From the NCBI GenBank assembly GCA_017501885.1, contig JAFVWA010000224.1:21226-85225 (forward strand): DNA of 64,000 nt, given 5' to 3'. A program made the position numbers and the translations under genes. The stretch comes from Clostridia bacterium (GTDB taxonomy: Bacteria > Bacillota > Clostridia > Christensenellales > Borkfalkiaceae). Below the pieces are notes generated by a model. It did not search any database, was not told the origin of the DNA, and worked only from the letters and a program-made list of their open reading frames with translations. The number at the start of each line of letters is the position of its first letter. The first letter of the stretch is position 1. Positions 7,195-16,024 of this stretch are shown in pieces.

Positions 7195-8346
7195 CTATTT
7201 TTTATAAACAACGTTGCCGTCTCTAATGGTTAGTAAAACGTTAAACTCTCCGTCAAGCACGGTAAGGTCTGCGTTCTTGCCTTGTTTTATAGAGCCAACC
7301 TTGTCGTCAATTTTAAGATTTTTAGCAGGGTTTATCGTTGCATAGTCGATTGCATCGGTAAATGGAACGTCAAGTTTTAGAACTAAGTTCTTGATTGCTT
7401 GGTTCATCTTTAATATGCTTCCTGCCAAAGCGCCGTTTCTAAGTCTTGCTTCGCCGTCCTTAACGATAACTTCTTGACCACCGAGTTCGCTTAAACCGTC
7501 GGGCAAGTGTTTTGCACGCATACTGTCGGTAATAAGTGTGAACTTATCGTGAGGTTTGTTTTTAATAAGAAGTTTAATTGCAGGTGCGGATAAATGCACT
7601 AAGTCGCAAATAGCTTCGCAGTTAAGACTGTCAAAAAGCATTGCGCTACCAACAACGCCAACGTCTCTGTGGTGTAAACCCTTTTGAGCGTTATACGTAT
7701 GCGTTACGTTGGAAAGACCGCTTTCGATTGCCTTTTCAATATCCTTGTAACCTGCGTCGGTGTGCCCAGAACTTGCAACAACGCCCTTTGCGGTCATGTG
7801 TTTGATAAGTTCGTCAGCACCTTCTACTTCGGGAGCAAGGCTAACGATTTTGATAGCGTTTCCACTCTTTTCGTTATAATCGTCAAAAACTTCAATGCTT
7901 GGAGCAGCAACGTATTCTAAAGGTTGCGCGCCAATATGTTTAACTGAAATAAACGGACCTTCTAAGTGAATACCCAAAACTTTTGCGCCCTCTTTAACGT
8001 CTGCTGAAATATATTCCTTAACAGCATTCATAGCCTTAGAAATATTTTCGGGGCTTTGAGTCATTGTGGTTGCTAAAAAGCCTGTTGTTCCTTCGCTTGC
8101 AACGGCGTTCGCGATAGTGGAGAGCGCTTCTACGCTTGCGTCCATAGCGTCAGCACCTGCCGCACCGTGAATATGTTGGTCGATAAACCCTGGGACTAAC
8201 ACGCAGTCGCCACAAAGTTTAATTTCTTCGCTAATTTTACTTGCATCGTCGCCAACGTAGGCGATTTTGCTGTCTTCTATACCGACGTTAGTTGTTATAA
8301 CGCCTTTTCCTTCAACGTATGCCTTTATGTTTTTAAAGCCTTTCAT
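7195..8346 (-). CDS. nagA: N-acetylglucosamine-6-phosphate deacetylase
   Basis: PGFIDQHIHG metal motif and full-length NagA-like sequence. Start trimmed to ATG 8346 (MKGFKNIKAY). Confidence 0.9.
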   Translation of the reverse strand: MKGFKNIKAYVEGKGVITTNVGIEDSKIAYVGDDASKISEEIKLCGDCVLVPGFIDQHIHGAAGADAMDASVEALSTIANAVASEGTTGFLATTMTQSPENISKAMNAVKEYISADVKEGAKVLGIHLEGPFISVKHIGAQPLEYVAAPSIEVFDDYNEKSGNAIKIVSLAPEVEGADELIKHMTAKGVVASSGHTDAGYKDIEKAIESGLSNVTHTYNAQKGLHHRDVGVVGSAMLFDSLNCEAICDLVHLSAPAIKLLIKNKPHDKFTLITDSMRAKHLPDGLSELGGQEVIVKDGEARLRNGALAGSILKMNQAIKNLVLKLDVPFTDAIDYATINPAKNLKIDDKVGSIKQGKNADLTVLDGEFNVLLTIRDGNVVYKK

Positions 8347-8377
8347 AGTATAAAATCTCCAAAATTTAATCAAGTAA

Positions 8378-8406
8378 ATTTTAACACTATAAAGGTGCGT
8401 TGTCAA
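8378..8406 (-). promoter_or_regulatory. sigma-A promoter for nagA
   Basis: Minus strand: TTGACA (8406-8401), 17 nt spacer, TAAAAT (8383-8378) with an upstream TG. Confidence 0.7.
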
Positions 8407-8425
8407 TGGAAAAAGTTTTTTATTG

Positions 8426-8803
8426 TTAGAAAATATTAGAAAATCTTATCTTAAAAGTTTGTGGAATTTGTTCGGAAAGTTCTATCAATACTTCCATTTT
8501 AGAAATGGCGTCTTCCCATTGCTTGTCGCGAACGAGCGTAACCGCTTCGGCTATCCATAAATCTACTTCTTTTATCTCGGTATGTGGAATAAGCGCGTGA
8601 AGCGTTTGCTTTTTATCAAGCCAACACTTTTGCACCGAATACACGTCGTCTATCGTTGCCGTTTGGTCGTCTATTTTTTCGTAGACGACGTTTAGCACGC
8701 CGCTAAATTCGTCAAATTGCTTGTCTACTACGTGGCATTCCCAAATAGAGCCTACAAGAAGCAAAACCCCAACGCAGATTGTGGAAATAATCGTCTTTAC
8801 CAT
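8426..8803 (-). CDS. DUF4363-like small membrane-anchored protein
   Basis: 125 aa with an N-terminal TM. It overlaps the end of the DUF421 gene, the usual partner of that family (from memory). Confidence 0.55.
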   Translation of the reverse strand: MVKTIISTICVGVLLLVGSIWECHVVDKQFDEFSGVLNVVYEKIDDQTATIDDVYSVQKCWLDKKQTLHALIPHTEIKEVDLWIAEAVTLVRDKQWEDAISKMEVLIELSEQIPQTFKIRFSNIF

Positions 8804-9480
8804 TGCACCCCCTGTGGAAGAGGAAACTCAGAGATTTCAAAGGGCGAGTTTTTCATTTTTAAGTAAGCCTTTCCCTTGCCGTCAACCGTTAAGACTTCCG
8901 TGTTCTTTAATGATTTTCCCTTACTTTTAAGAAAGTCGGTAACACGGCTTTTGTCCAAGTTAACAAGTTTTAAGTTGCTGTTGTGAATATTGCCGTCGTT
9001 AACTATTAAAAGGGGAACTGACTGCGACTCTTGACTGTTTTGACTTTTTAAGGCGGACAACTTGCCGTTTGATTCAAAAATGGCGTAGTCAAGCTCGTCA
9101 AAGGCAAAATAGCCTGCGCTTCGCATAGATTCAATAAGGTCTTCAACCCCCATATTGTTGCGTTTAAGCTCGTAAAGGTCCACGCCGTTTTTGTTGATAA
9201 CAACGCTTGGTTTTCCAGAAATGACTTTCTTAGCAAAACCGCCCATTTGCTCTATTAAAGAGAGTAGTTGGTGAAGCCCAAACAGGGTAACGACTGCAAC
9301 TATTCCGTAGATAAGCGGAATGGAAACGTCTGCCATGGGCACGCACGCAAGGTCTGCTATAATTAGGGTAACTATAAATTCAAAAGGTTGCATTTCACCT
9401 ATTTGACGCTTACCCATAAGCCTTATAAGTATCAATAATACAGAAAAAATTATGGTTGTTCTAATAAACGTTATAGCCAT
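8797..9480 (-). CDS. DUF421 (YetF/YrbG-like) membrane protein
   Basis: N-terminal TM helices with the RLMGKRQIGEMQPFEF motif and a soluble C-terminal domain. Confidence 0.75.
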   Translation of the reverse strand: MAITFIRTTIIFSVLLILIRLMGKRQIGEMQPFEFIVTLIIADLACVPMADVSIPLIYGIVAVVTLFGLHQLLSLIEQMGGFAKKVISGKPSVVINKNGVDLYELKRNNMGVEDLIESMRSAGYFAFDELDYAIFESNGKLSALKSQNSQESQSVPLLIVNDGNIHNSNLKLVNLDKSRVTDFLKSKGKSLKNTEVLTVDGKGKAYLKMKNSPFEISEFPLPQGVQW

Positions 9481-9521
9481 AAAAAAAGTATGTGGGAACG
9501 GCTAAATTTTATGCTTAATCG

Positions 9522-9550
9522 TTGACTTTTTATGTAAACTTTGGTATTAT
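9522..9550 (+). promoter_or_regulatory. sigma-A promoter (extended -10) driving the THF riboswitch-folT transcript
   Basis: TTGACT (9522-9527), 17 nt spacer, TGgTATTAT (9542-9550). The predicted TSS coincides with the start of the aptamer. Confidence 0.75.
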
Positions 9551-9556
9551 AAACGC

Positions 9557-9648
9557 ATAGAGTAGTAAAGACGCGTCAAGTGTTGCAAAATGGGATGTCG
9601 TTTGCAAACGAAAGACAAAAGTCTGCGGTGTCTTTACGCGTCCGCTAT
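9557..9648 (+). promoter_or_regulatory. THF (tetrahydrofolate, folT-motif) riboswitch aptamer
   Basis: AGAGUAG, CGCGUCAAGUGU, AAUGGGAUGUCGU, AACGAA, GCGGUG and CGUCCGCU blocks match the remembered E. siraeum THF aptamer. Compensatory changes occur in P2 (UAAAGA/UCUUUA) and P3 (UGCAA/UUGCA). Confidence 0.85.
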
Positions 9649-9714
9649 TATTTTTATGCGTTTTTACGCGAAAATTTTATCGGTCTCTCTAAATGTATTT
9701 TGGGAGATTTTTTT

Positions 9715-10323
9715 ATGGAAAAAAGTTGTAAAAGCACAGGTAGATTTAAGCGCGTTTTGTTTTCTGAAATGATGCAAAACTGCACGCCCACTCAAAAGAT
9801 AGCCTACATTGCTATAATGACGGCGCTCACCGTAATATGCAATATGTTTTTTGAATTTAAACTTGCCGACACGCAGTTTTCGTTAACGTTATTCTTCTCG
9901 GCATTAACGGGTATTATCATCGGACCGATATTTGGTTTTGTGGCAAGTTTTTTGGGCGACTTGGTTGGTTTTTTATATAACTCGGGCGGATTTATGTATA
10001 TGCCTTGGATAGGTTTAAGCATGGGTTTGGTTTCGCTTATCGCAGGCTTTATCGTAAACGGTTTTACGTTTGGTTTTAAGGGCGAAAAATACGTTAAACT
10101 TGCGTTGGTTAGCCTTTTGACGTTTTTGTGTTGCACCGTCGCTGTAAATACCACCGCCTTTTGGATAATTTATAACGATAGAAAAGTTTCTTATTTTACC
10201 TATCTTGTGGCAAGACTATTTGTTCAAGGTCAAATTTGGAACAGTTTAGTTAATTATTTACTTTTGTTTTTGTTGTATCCTTTGATTTTAAGGATAAAAA
10301 CCTTATTAGAAAAAAGAAGATAA
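9715..10323 (+). CDS. folT: ECF-transporter S component, folate family
   Basis: Polytopic membrane protein directly behind the THF riboswitch. Start moved from track 9580 to ATG 9715, behind a GGGAG SD. Confidence 0.75.
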   Translation: MEKSCKSTGRFKRVLFSEMMQNCTPTQKIAYIAIMTALTVICNMFFEFKLADTQFSLTLFFSALTGIIIGPIFGFVASFLGDLVGFLYNSGGFMYMPWIGLSMGLVSLIAGFIVNGFTFGFKGEKYVKLALVSLLTFLCCTVAVNTTAFWIIYNDRKVSYFTYLVARLFVQGQIWNSLVNYLLLFLLYPLILRIKTLLEKRR

Positions 10324-10349
10324 TGCCTTACCTTAAGGAAAAGTGAGAG

Positions 10350-10381
10350 AAAAAACGGCTTAAAATTAAGCCGTTTTTTTC
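10350..10381. terminator. bidirectional terminator (folT / flippase gene)
   Basis: Stem ACGGCTTA / TAAGCCGT with an A-run before and a T-run after. It overlaps the stop codon of the minus-strand gene. Confidence 0.75.
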
Positions 10382-11901
10382 TTTGCGAAAATAGTTTTTA
10401 GTTTTTCTTTTGCCCCATTAAAGGTAATAAGTCCAAAGCCGAAATACATTAATATATTAAATAGCGCGGTAAGGGTAGCGCAAGCAAACAAGGTTAGCAC
10501 CGTTCCTAAAATGGAAAGCAATAGCTTTTCTAAAAGAACGCCAAACAGTATTGACGGCAAGGTGGTGAAAAATGCCACGAGCAAAAATTTTAGGTATTTG
10601 GGTTTTTCTTTGCAGTTTTTATTAAGAAGCCAAAGGTTTAGCACGGTGGTTAAACCAAATACGAAAGCAAAACCTATAAGTAGTGAATATATTCCTATAA
10701 AAGGCGGTAAAAACCATATAGATAAAAGCATAAGCCCACCGCTTACTATGTAGAATACAAGCGTTTTAGTTTCTAACCCCATAGAATTAAGGATAGAAGT
10801 CGATAGACTTGAAAGGCTCATAAATATCATTAAAAAGGACGTGGCTTTTATGTATTTACCGCACTCGTATTCGCCGAAGATAACCATGCCTATTTCTTCA
10901 CCGCAAACGAAGAAGACGGGAATGAAGATAAGCGTTAGAATTGACGTAAACTTGATAGACTTTTCCACGTCGCGTTTAAGGTAGTAGTGTCTGCCATTAT
11001 AAAAACTTTCGGAAATTTCAGGGATAAGAACTAAGGTAAACGAGCCTATAAGCGTTGTCGGTATAGATAGAATGGGTAGTGCTTGCCCCATAGCCGCACC
11101 AAAAGAGCGCATTGCTTCGGCTTCCGAAAAGCCTGCTGATATTAAGCGCATGGGTAGAAGAATAGACACTAACGACACCGCAAACGAGTTTGCAGAGCGC
11201 ATGGCTGTTATGGGCATTGCCGAGCGAATGAGTGGCTTAAACTCAGAAGTAGGGTTACGTAAGCGATTTTTTCTTATAAAGAAAACGAATAGCGCAAGCG
11301 CGAAAGAGAATACGTAAGAGATAAGCACGGCAACGCCTGCTCTAAAAGCGCCTTGATAAACTGTCTGAGAAAAACTTATCAAGATTATTCCCATGATTAT
11401 CATAACGATTTCTTCTAACAGTTCAATGACGCTGTAAGGCAAAAAGTCTTTGTTTCCCCAAAACACTCCGCGAAGAACTGAGTATACGCAAGTAAAAACT
11501 AAGCCGGGAAGAATAACTAAGAATACGTTAAAAGAGCGTTTGTCTGCAAAAAGAAAGGAAAAAGTGCTTCCCGAAAAGTAGAATATTAAGCAAACGGGCA
11601 CAGCAAAAATTAGTGGTAGACATATCCCTGCAGTAATGATTTTAGCAACCTTGTCTTTTTTGTTTTCGGCTTTGTATTTAGTCATTAGCCGAGAAACGGT
11701 TATAGGAATACCAGAGCAACAAAGCGTATAAAAAAGCCCGAATATAGATAGGGCGACAGAGTAAATGCCAATACCTTCCGCGCCGATAGAGTGCGAAAGG
11801 TAAATGCGATATAAAAAGCCAAGCACTTTTTCACTTACCGAAAAAACCGAAACGAAAGCCACCGTTTGAAAAAAGCGTTTCAACTCATTGCCCCCATACA
11901 A
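10366..11901 (-). CDS. MOP-superfamily polysaccharide/lipid-II flippase (SpoVB/MurJ/Wzx-like)
   Basis: 511 aa with about 14 TM helices and a GAEGIGIYSVALSIF-type N-terminal region. TTG start at 11901. Confidence 0.75.
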   Translation of the reverse strand: MYGGNELKRFFQTVAFVSVFSVSEKVLGFLYRIYLSHSIGAEGIGIYSVALSIFGLFYTLCCSGIPITVSRLMTKYKAENKKDKVAKIITAGICLPLIFAVPVCLIFYFSGSTFSFLFADKRSFNVFLVILPGLVFTCVYSVLRGVFWGNKDFLPYSVIELLEEIVMIIMGIILISFSQTVYQGAFRAGVAVLISYVFSFALALFVFFIRKNRLRNPTSEFKPLIRSAMPITAMRSANSFAVSLVSILLPMRLISAGFSEAEAMRSFGAAMGQALPILSIPTTLIGSFTLVLIPEISESFYNGRHYYLKRDVEKSIKFTSILTLIFIPVFFVCGEEIGMVIFGEYECGKYIKATSFLMIFMSLSSLSTSILNSMGLETKTLVFYIVSGGLMLLSIWFLPPFIGIYSLLIGFAFVFGLTTVLNLWLLNKNCKEKPKYLKFLLVAFFTTLPSILFGVLLEKLLLSILGTVLTLFACATLTALFNILMYFGFGLITFNGAKEKLKTIFAKKKTA

Positions 11902-11960
11902 AGTGATATATAATTTTATTCAATTTAACGGGGAAATATTAGTTGAATTGTCAAATATTG

Positions 11961-12215
11961 TTAATCATTTTTGTCATAAAAAGCTTGACTTGTAATTCTA
12001 ATGCCAATATTAAAGCCATTTTGAAAAATAGTTTTTGATACGGAATAGGAAATTCCTTTTAATAAATTATCAAAATTTTCTTTTGCTGAATATGGCAGGA
12101 CTTCTAATAAGTTTTTTATTAATTCAATATGATTTTTCTTGCTTTGTTCAAAACTTTGTTCAAACAATTTTTCTCCACCTAACGCTATAAATAGTTCATC
12201 AAAATTTTTTTGCAT
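11961..12215 (-). CDS. hypothetical small helical protein
   Basis: 84 aa. AGGAG SD 8 nt upstream. Own promoter TTGACA-17-TAATAT (12262-12234). No family recognised. Confidence 0.6.
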   Translation of the reverse strand: MQKNFDELFIALGGEKLFEQSFEQSKKNHIELIKNLLEVLPYSAKENFDNLLKGISYSVSKTIFQNGFNIGIRITSQAFYDKND

Positions 12216-12233
12216 ATTTATTCTCCTAATATA

Positions 12234-12262
12234 ATATTATCGGCAATGCACATTATTGTCAA
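12234..12262 (-). promoter_or_regulatory. sigma-A promoter of the 84-aa gene
   Basis: Minus strand: TTGACA (12262-12257), 17 nt spacer, TAATAT (12239-12234). Confidence 0.65.
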
Positions 12263-12276
12263 TAGGCATTGCACAT
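12242..12276. promoter_or_regulatory. two direct copies of GGCAWTGCACAT (candidate XRE operator)
   Basis: 12242-12253 and 12265-12276, spaced 23 nt start to start. One lies in the spacer of the minus promoter, the other just upstream of its -35. Confidence 0.5.
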
Positions 12277-12294
12277 ATTATGTAAAATAAAATT

Positions 12295-12498
12295 ATGAAA
12301 TTTGGTGATAATTTTAAGAAAATAAGAAATCAATGTGGTTTTTCTCAACAATATGTTGCTAAACAACTTGGCATTAGCCAATCAAATATAAGTGATTGGG
12401 AAAACGACGTTTCTCGCCCAGAGTATGAAAAACTTATACAACTATCTAAAATTTACGACGTTAGTTTATATGACCTTTTGGGAATAGACGAAAATTAG
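12295..12498 (+). CDS. XRE-family helix-turn-helix transcriptional regulator
   Basis: 67 aa. FSQQYVAKQLGISQSNISDWEND HTH. No SD. TAAAAT (12283-12288) ends 6 nt before the ATG, a leaderless geometry. Confidence 0.85.
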   Translation: MKFGDNFKKIRNQCGFSQQYVAKQLGISQSNISDWENDVSRPEYEKLIQLSKIYDVSLYDLLGIDEN

Positions 12499-12532
12499 TA
12501 ACGTTCAAAAACTTTTTATAAAAGCACGTAAG

Positions 12533-12572
12533 AAAACGGCTCTCTTTTTGGAGAGCCGTTTTTGTTTTTTTT
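12533..12572. terminator. bidirectional terminator
   Basis: Stem CGGCTCTC / GAGAGCCG followed by a long T-run, with an A-run upstream. Confidence 0.8.
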
Positions 12573-12576
12573 GGTT

Positions 12577-13740
12577 TTACTGTTTTTCCAAAATTTCCTT
12601 TAAGGCTGGGGCGAATGCTTTTGCCATTAAATAAAAGCCCAAATCGTTGGGGTGGCAACAGTCAACCGTGCAGTCGCCTTCGATTTCTTTGGGGAAGACG
12701 GTAGAGCCGTCTATAAAATACACGTTGCTATCACCTTGTTTTTTTGCCTTTTCAACCGTTCCGTTAATGATATCAATTCTTTCTTTATAATCATTATAGT
12801 AGAACGCGCCAATCCTTGAAGCAAACACGATAGGTGTGTTTGGGTGAACATTTCTTATGGCTTGGTAAATAGAGTAGTGCGTTTGAGATAAATGTTCGGG
12901 TGAGGGGGAGTTATGGTCGTAGTCGATAAAATAAATGCAAGGGTTAAGTTTTGCAAGGTATTCTTCTGCGTCTTTTCCGCCCTTAGCAGAACCCGTTACG
13001 CCCATATTATAAACGTCGCAATCAAGCATTTGAGAAAGCAAGCTAACGTAGTCTAATCCCGGTCTTGAAGCGCATCCACCGTGGGTAACGCTTGAACCGT
13101 AAAATGCGATATATCCGTTATGCTTATACTCAGTAGGTGCAAAAATCTCTGAGTTTGGCTTAATGCCGATTAGCACTTCTTTAACGCCGTTATATAAGGG
13201 CAAGAAAAGGGTTATATCGTAAAAATCTTTTTTGCCTATCTTTTGCTCTAAATTAAATTCGCCCGAATACTTAACGGGATATTTGCCGTCACGAAAATCT
13301 GCAATTCTTTGCTCTGCCGTGTCTGCGCCTGCAAAGAAAGAAAAGTCTTGGTCGCCAACGCCCTTTAGCACGTCCTTTGCTTCTGCCGAGAACTTGCCGA
13401 CAAACCTTTTGCCGTCGTAAACGGAAACACCGTAACAGTTAGTGAGCGCAGATGCCGAAGAAATAACACCGTCAGCAACCCTTGCCGTTACGTGGAAAGC
13501 AACGTTAGGGGAGTTGGTGCGAAAACGTATTCTACCACCCGTGGTGCTATCAGCATAAACTTTATATCCTAAGCCGATTTTACCTGCATCGTCTAACGGA
13601 AAGCGCATATACGCTTTGTCTTTTTCCGAATAAAATACACCGTAAGTTTTTGCTTTGGTATCTAAGGCGTTTGCCCAAATAAGGTCGGTGGAAGAAACGC
13701 CACTCGGCTTAAAATTTTTATCAATTTGTTCAATTCCCAT
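12577..13740 (-). CDS. SGNH/GDSL-family hydrolase with N-terminal beta-rich domain (putative carbohydrate esterase)
   Basis: Block I FYGSSVTHGG, block V DCCHPNDLGF (DxxH). Paralog of the next gene. Confidence 0.75.
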   Translation of the reverse strand: MGIEQIDKNFKPSGVSSTDLIWANALDTKAKTYGVFYSEKDKAYMRFPLDDAGKIGLGYKVYADSTTGGRIRFRTNSPNVAFHVTARVADGVISSASALTNCYGVSVYDGKRFVGKFSAEAKDVLKGVGDQDFSFFAGADTAEQRIADFRDGKYPVKYSGEFNLEQKIGKKDFYDITLFLPLYNGVKEVLIGIKPNSEIFAPTEYKHNGYIAFYGSSVTHGGCASRPGLDYVSLLSQMLDCDVYNMGVTGSAKGGKDAEEYLAKLNPCIYFIDYDHNSPSPEHLSQTHYSIYQAIRNVHPNTPIVFASRIGAFYYNDYKERIDIINGTVEKAKKQGDSNVYFIDGSTVFPKEIEGDCTVDCCHPNDLGFYLMAKAFAPALKEILEKQ

Positions 13741-13741
13741 A

Positions 13742-14833
13742 TTAGTTTTCCTTGTTTAGTAATTTATTAAGTATTGGGTAAAGCCTTTTTGCCATTTTAT
13801 AAAAGCCAAAATCGTTGGGGTGAGTGGTGTCTACAAAACAATAGAAATAATCTTTGCCCATAAGCGTTCTTCCGTCAACGTAGTATACGTTTTTGTCCCC
13901 TTCTGCCAATGCTTTAACATACGTTTGCTTTACAACCCTTCTGTGTTTATCACATATTTTGGGGTTTTTGTTATAGTCGGGTTTGCTAATGAAAATAATA
14001 GGCGTATCTTTACATACTTCTCTATACTTTTTATAAAAAGCATAGTGGGTATCTTTAAGATGCTGTAGGGTTGGGGCATTATGGTCGTAGTCAAGCACGA
14101 AAACCGAGTGTGGAAGACTTGATATGTATTCTGCCATAAGTTGTTCGCCTCTACAACTTCCCGAAAAACCAAGGTTTAACACTTTGGCATCAAGCATTCT
14201 TGCTAAAATGTTAGTGTAGCCGTTTCCCGGTTGGGTTGCGCAACCCCCTTGTGTTATAGAAGAACCATAAAAAATAATTTGGTCTTGGTGGGTGAGTGGC
14301 TTTGGCTTAGATAATTCACAACCTTTTTGTAAACCTATATACACGTCATGAACGTTGTAGTAAAGTGGGAAAAACAATTCGCAATCTAACGTTTGGTTAA
14401 GATGCTTTGGAAAGTTTTCAAAAAGTCCTTCGTAAAAAACAGGCTCTTGTGCTTTTTTTGCGTAAAGGTTAGTGGAAAGAAGTGGGGCGAAGCATTTAAC
14501 AAATTCGCCGTTTACGTATAAACTAAAACCTGCCGAGCCCATCAAAGTCATGTTGGTCATAACACCATCATATCTTTGTTCAACTCTTAACGCAAAAAAA
14601 GGCGAATTTGTTCTAAATCTCAATCTTCCACCAGAAGTGTGTGTGCATAGATGAGATACACCTTCGTTAACGTTATCTGCTATTTCTTTTGGCAGGCGTA
14701 AATACTGACCGTCTTTTTCGGAATAATAAACGCCTGTAAGCTCGAAAGCATCTTGGTTTATTTGATGCCATTCTATATCGCTTCTTGTAATTTCACTGTT
14801 TGCAAAATTCTTATCAATTTTAGTAATGTCCAT
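13742..14833 (-). CDS. SGNH/GDSL-family hydrolase, tandem paralog
   Basis: FYGSSITQGG and DTTHPNDFGF blocks. Start trimmed to ATG 14833 (MDITKIDKNF), matching the paralog's N-terminus. Confidence 0.75.
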   Translation of the reverse strand: MDITKIDKNFANSEITRSDIEWHQINQDAFELTGVYYSEKDGQYLRLPKEIADNVNEGVSHLCTHTSGGRLRFRTNSPFFALRVEQRYDGVMTNMTLMGSAGFSLYVNGEFVKCFAPLLSTNLYAKKAQEPVFYEGLFENFPKHLNQTLDCELFFPLYYNVHDVYIGLQKGCELSKPKPLTHQDQIIFYGSSITQGGCATQPGNGYTNILARMLDAKVLNLGFSGSCRGEQLMAEYISSLPHSVFVLDYDHNAPTLQHLKDTHYAFYKKYREVCKDTPIIFISKPDYNKNPKICDKHRRVVKQTYVKALAEGDKNVYYVDGRTLMGKDYFYCFVDTTHPNDFGFYKMAKRLYPILNKLLNKEN

Positions 14834-14864
14834 AGTATTATCCCTATTTTTATTTCTTAAAAAA

Positions 14865-14893
14865 ATTCTAACAAAAAAGCCATACAAAGTCAA
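14865..14893 (-). promoter_or_regulatory. sigma-A promoter for the SGNH pair
   Basis: Minus strand: TTGACT (14893-14888), 17 nt spacer, TGtTAGAAT (-10 at 14870-14865). Confidence 0.7.
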
Positions 14894-14903
14894 TACGTAA
14901 AAA

Positions 14904-14931
14904 CAAAAAAACCCACTGAAATTCAGTGGGT
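14904..14931 (-). terminator. terminator of fba
   Basis: Minus strand: stem CCCACTG / CAGTGGG followed by a T-run. Confidence 0.75.
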
Positions 14932-14957
14932 TAAAAGGTTTTTAATCAAACTTTTTA

Positions 14958-15944
14958 TTATTTGCATTCGTCAGCTTTGCCAGCGCAACCTAAAACGTTG
15001 ATGAGCTTGTGTCTAACGATTTCTTTAATGTTAGCACGAGCAGGTTTTAAGTATTCTCTTGGGTCGAACTTGTCAGGATGTTCGTTGTAGAACTTTCTGA
15101 TAGTTCCGGTCATTGCTAAACGAAGGTCAGAGTCGATGTTGATTTTGCAAACTGAAAGTTTTGCAGCTTCACGAAGTTGTTCTTCTGGAACACCGATAGC
15201 GTTTGGCATTTTACCGCCGTTTTCGTTAACCATTTTAACGTATTCTTGTGGAACTGAAGAAGAACCGTGTAATACGATTGGGAAGTCGCCAAGTTTTTCA
15301 GCAACTGCCTTTAAGATATCAAAACGAAGTGGAGGGGGAACTAATACGCCGTCTGCATTTCTGGTGCATTGTTCGGGAGTGAACTTGTATGCGCCGTGTG
15401 AAGTTCCGATAGCGATTGCAAGGCTATCAACGCCTGTTCTTTCAACGAATTCGATAACTTCTTCTGGTCTGGTGTAAGATTCGTGGCCAGCTTCTACTTT
15501 AACTTCGTCTTCGATACCTGCTAAGGTTCCGAGTTCACCTTCAACGGTAACGTATGGGTTGTATGCGTGTGCGTATTCAACAACCTTTTTGGTAAGAGCT
15601 ACGTTTTCTTCGAAAGGAAGGTGTGAGCCGTCGATCATAACAGAAGTGAATCCGCCGTCGATACATGCTTTACAAGTTTCGAAGTCAGGACCGTGGTCTA
15701 AGTGAAGCGCAATTGGAATTTCAGGACATTCTGCAACTGCTGCTTCTACGAGTTTAACAAGGTAAGTGTGGTTAGCGTATGCTCTTGCACCCTTACTAAC
15801 TTGTAAGATAACTGGAGCGTTTTCTTCTTTACAAGCTTCGGTAATACCTTGAACGATTTCCATGTTGTTTACGTTGAACGCGCCGATAGCGTATCCGCCC
15901 TTAGCAGCTTGTTCAAACATTTTTTTGGTGTTTACTAATGACAT
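14958..15944 (-). CDS. fba: class II fructose-1,6-bisphosphate aldolase
   Basis: Full-length match to the FbaA pattern (GYAIGAFNVNNME, LHLDHG, HGSSS). Confidence 0.95.
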   Translation of the reverse strand: MSLVNTKKMFEQAAKGGYAIGAFNVNNMEIVQGITEACKEENAPVILQVSKGARAYANHTYLVKLVEAAVAECPEIPIALHLDHGPDFETCKACIDGGFTSVMIDGSHLPFEENVALTKKVVEYAHAYNPYVTVEGELGTLAGIEDEVKVEAGHESYTRPEEVIEFVERTGVDSLAIAIGTSHGAYKFTPEQCTRNADGVLVPPPLRFDILKAVAEKLGDFPIVLHGSSSVPQEYVKMVNENGGKMPNAIGVPEEQLREAAKLSVCKINIDSDLRLAMTGTIRKFYNEHPDKFDPREYLKPARANIKEIVRHKLINVLGCAGKADECK

Positions 15945-15995
15945 TTGTGTAATCCTCCAATAAGTTTTACAATTATTTTTAATTTTAACGCTTCA

Positions 15996-16024
15996 ATTAT
16001 ACTACGAAAAATTTTAAATGGCAA
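15996..16024 (-). promoter_or_regulatory. sigma-A promoter for fba
   Basis: Minus strand: TTGCCA (16024-16019), 17 nt spacer, TATAAT (16001-15996). Confidence 0.7.

Noticed and set aside
9580-9714. N-terminal 45 codons of the track ORF 9580-10323
   Set aside because: This stretch is the THF riboswitch and its expression platform. The transporter starts at ATG 9715, behind a GGGAG SD.
11940-12575. Calling the AT-rich XRE islet a mobile element
   Set aside because: There is no integrase, transposase, flanking direct repeat or tRNA target. Only compositional and contextual hints exist, so it is reported as a finding and not annotated as mobile.
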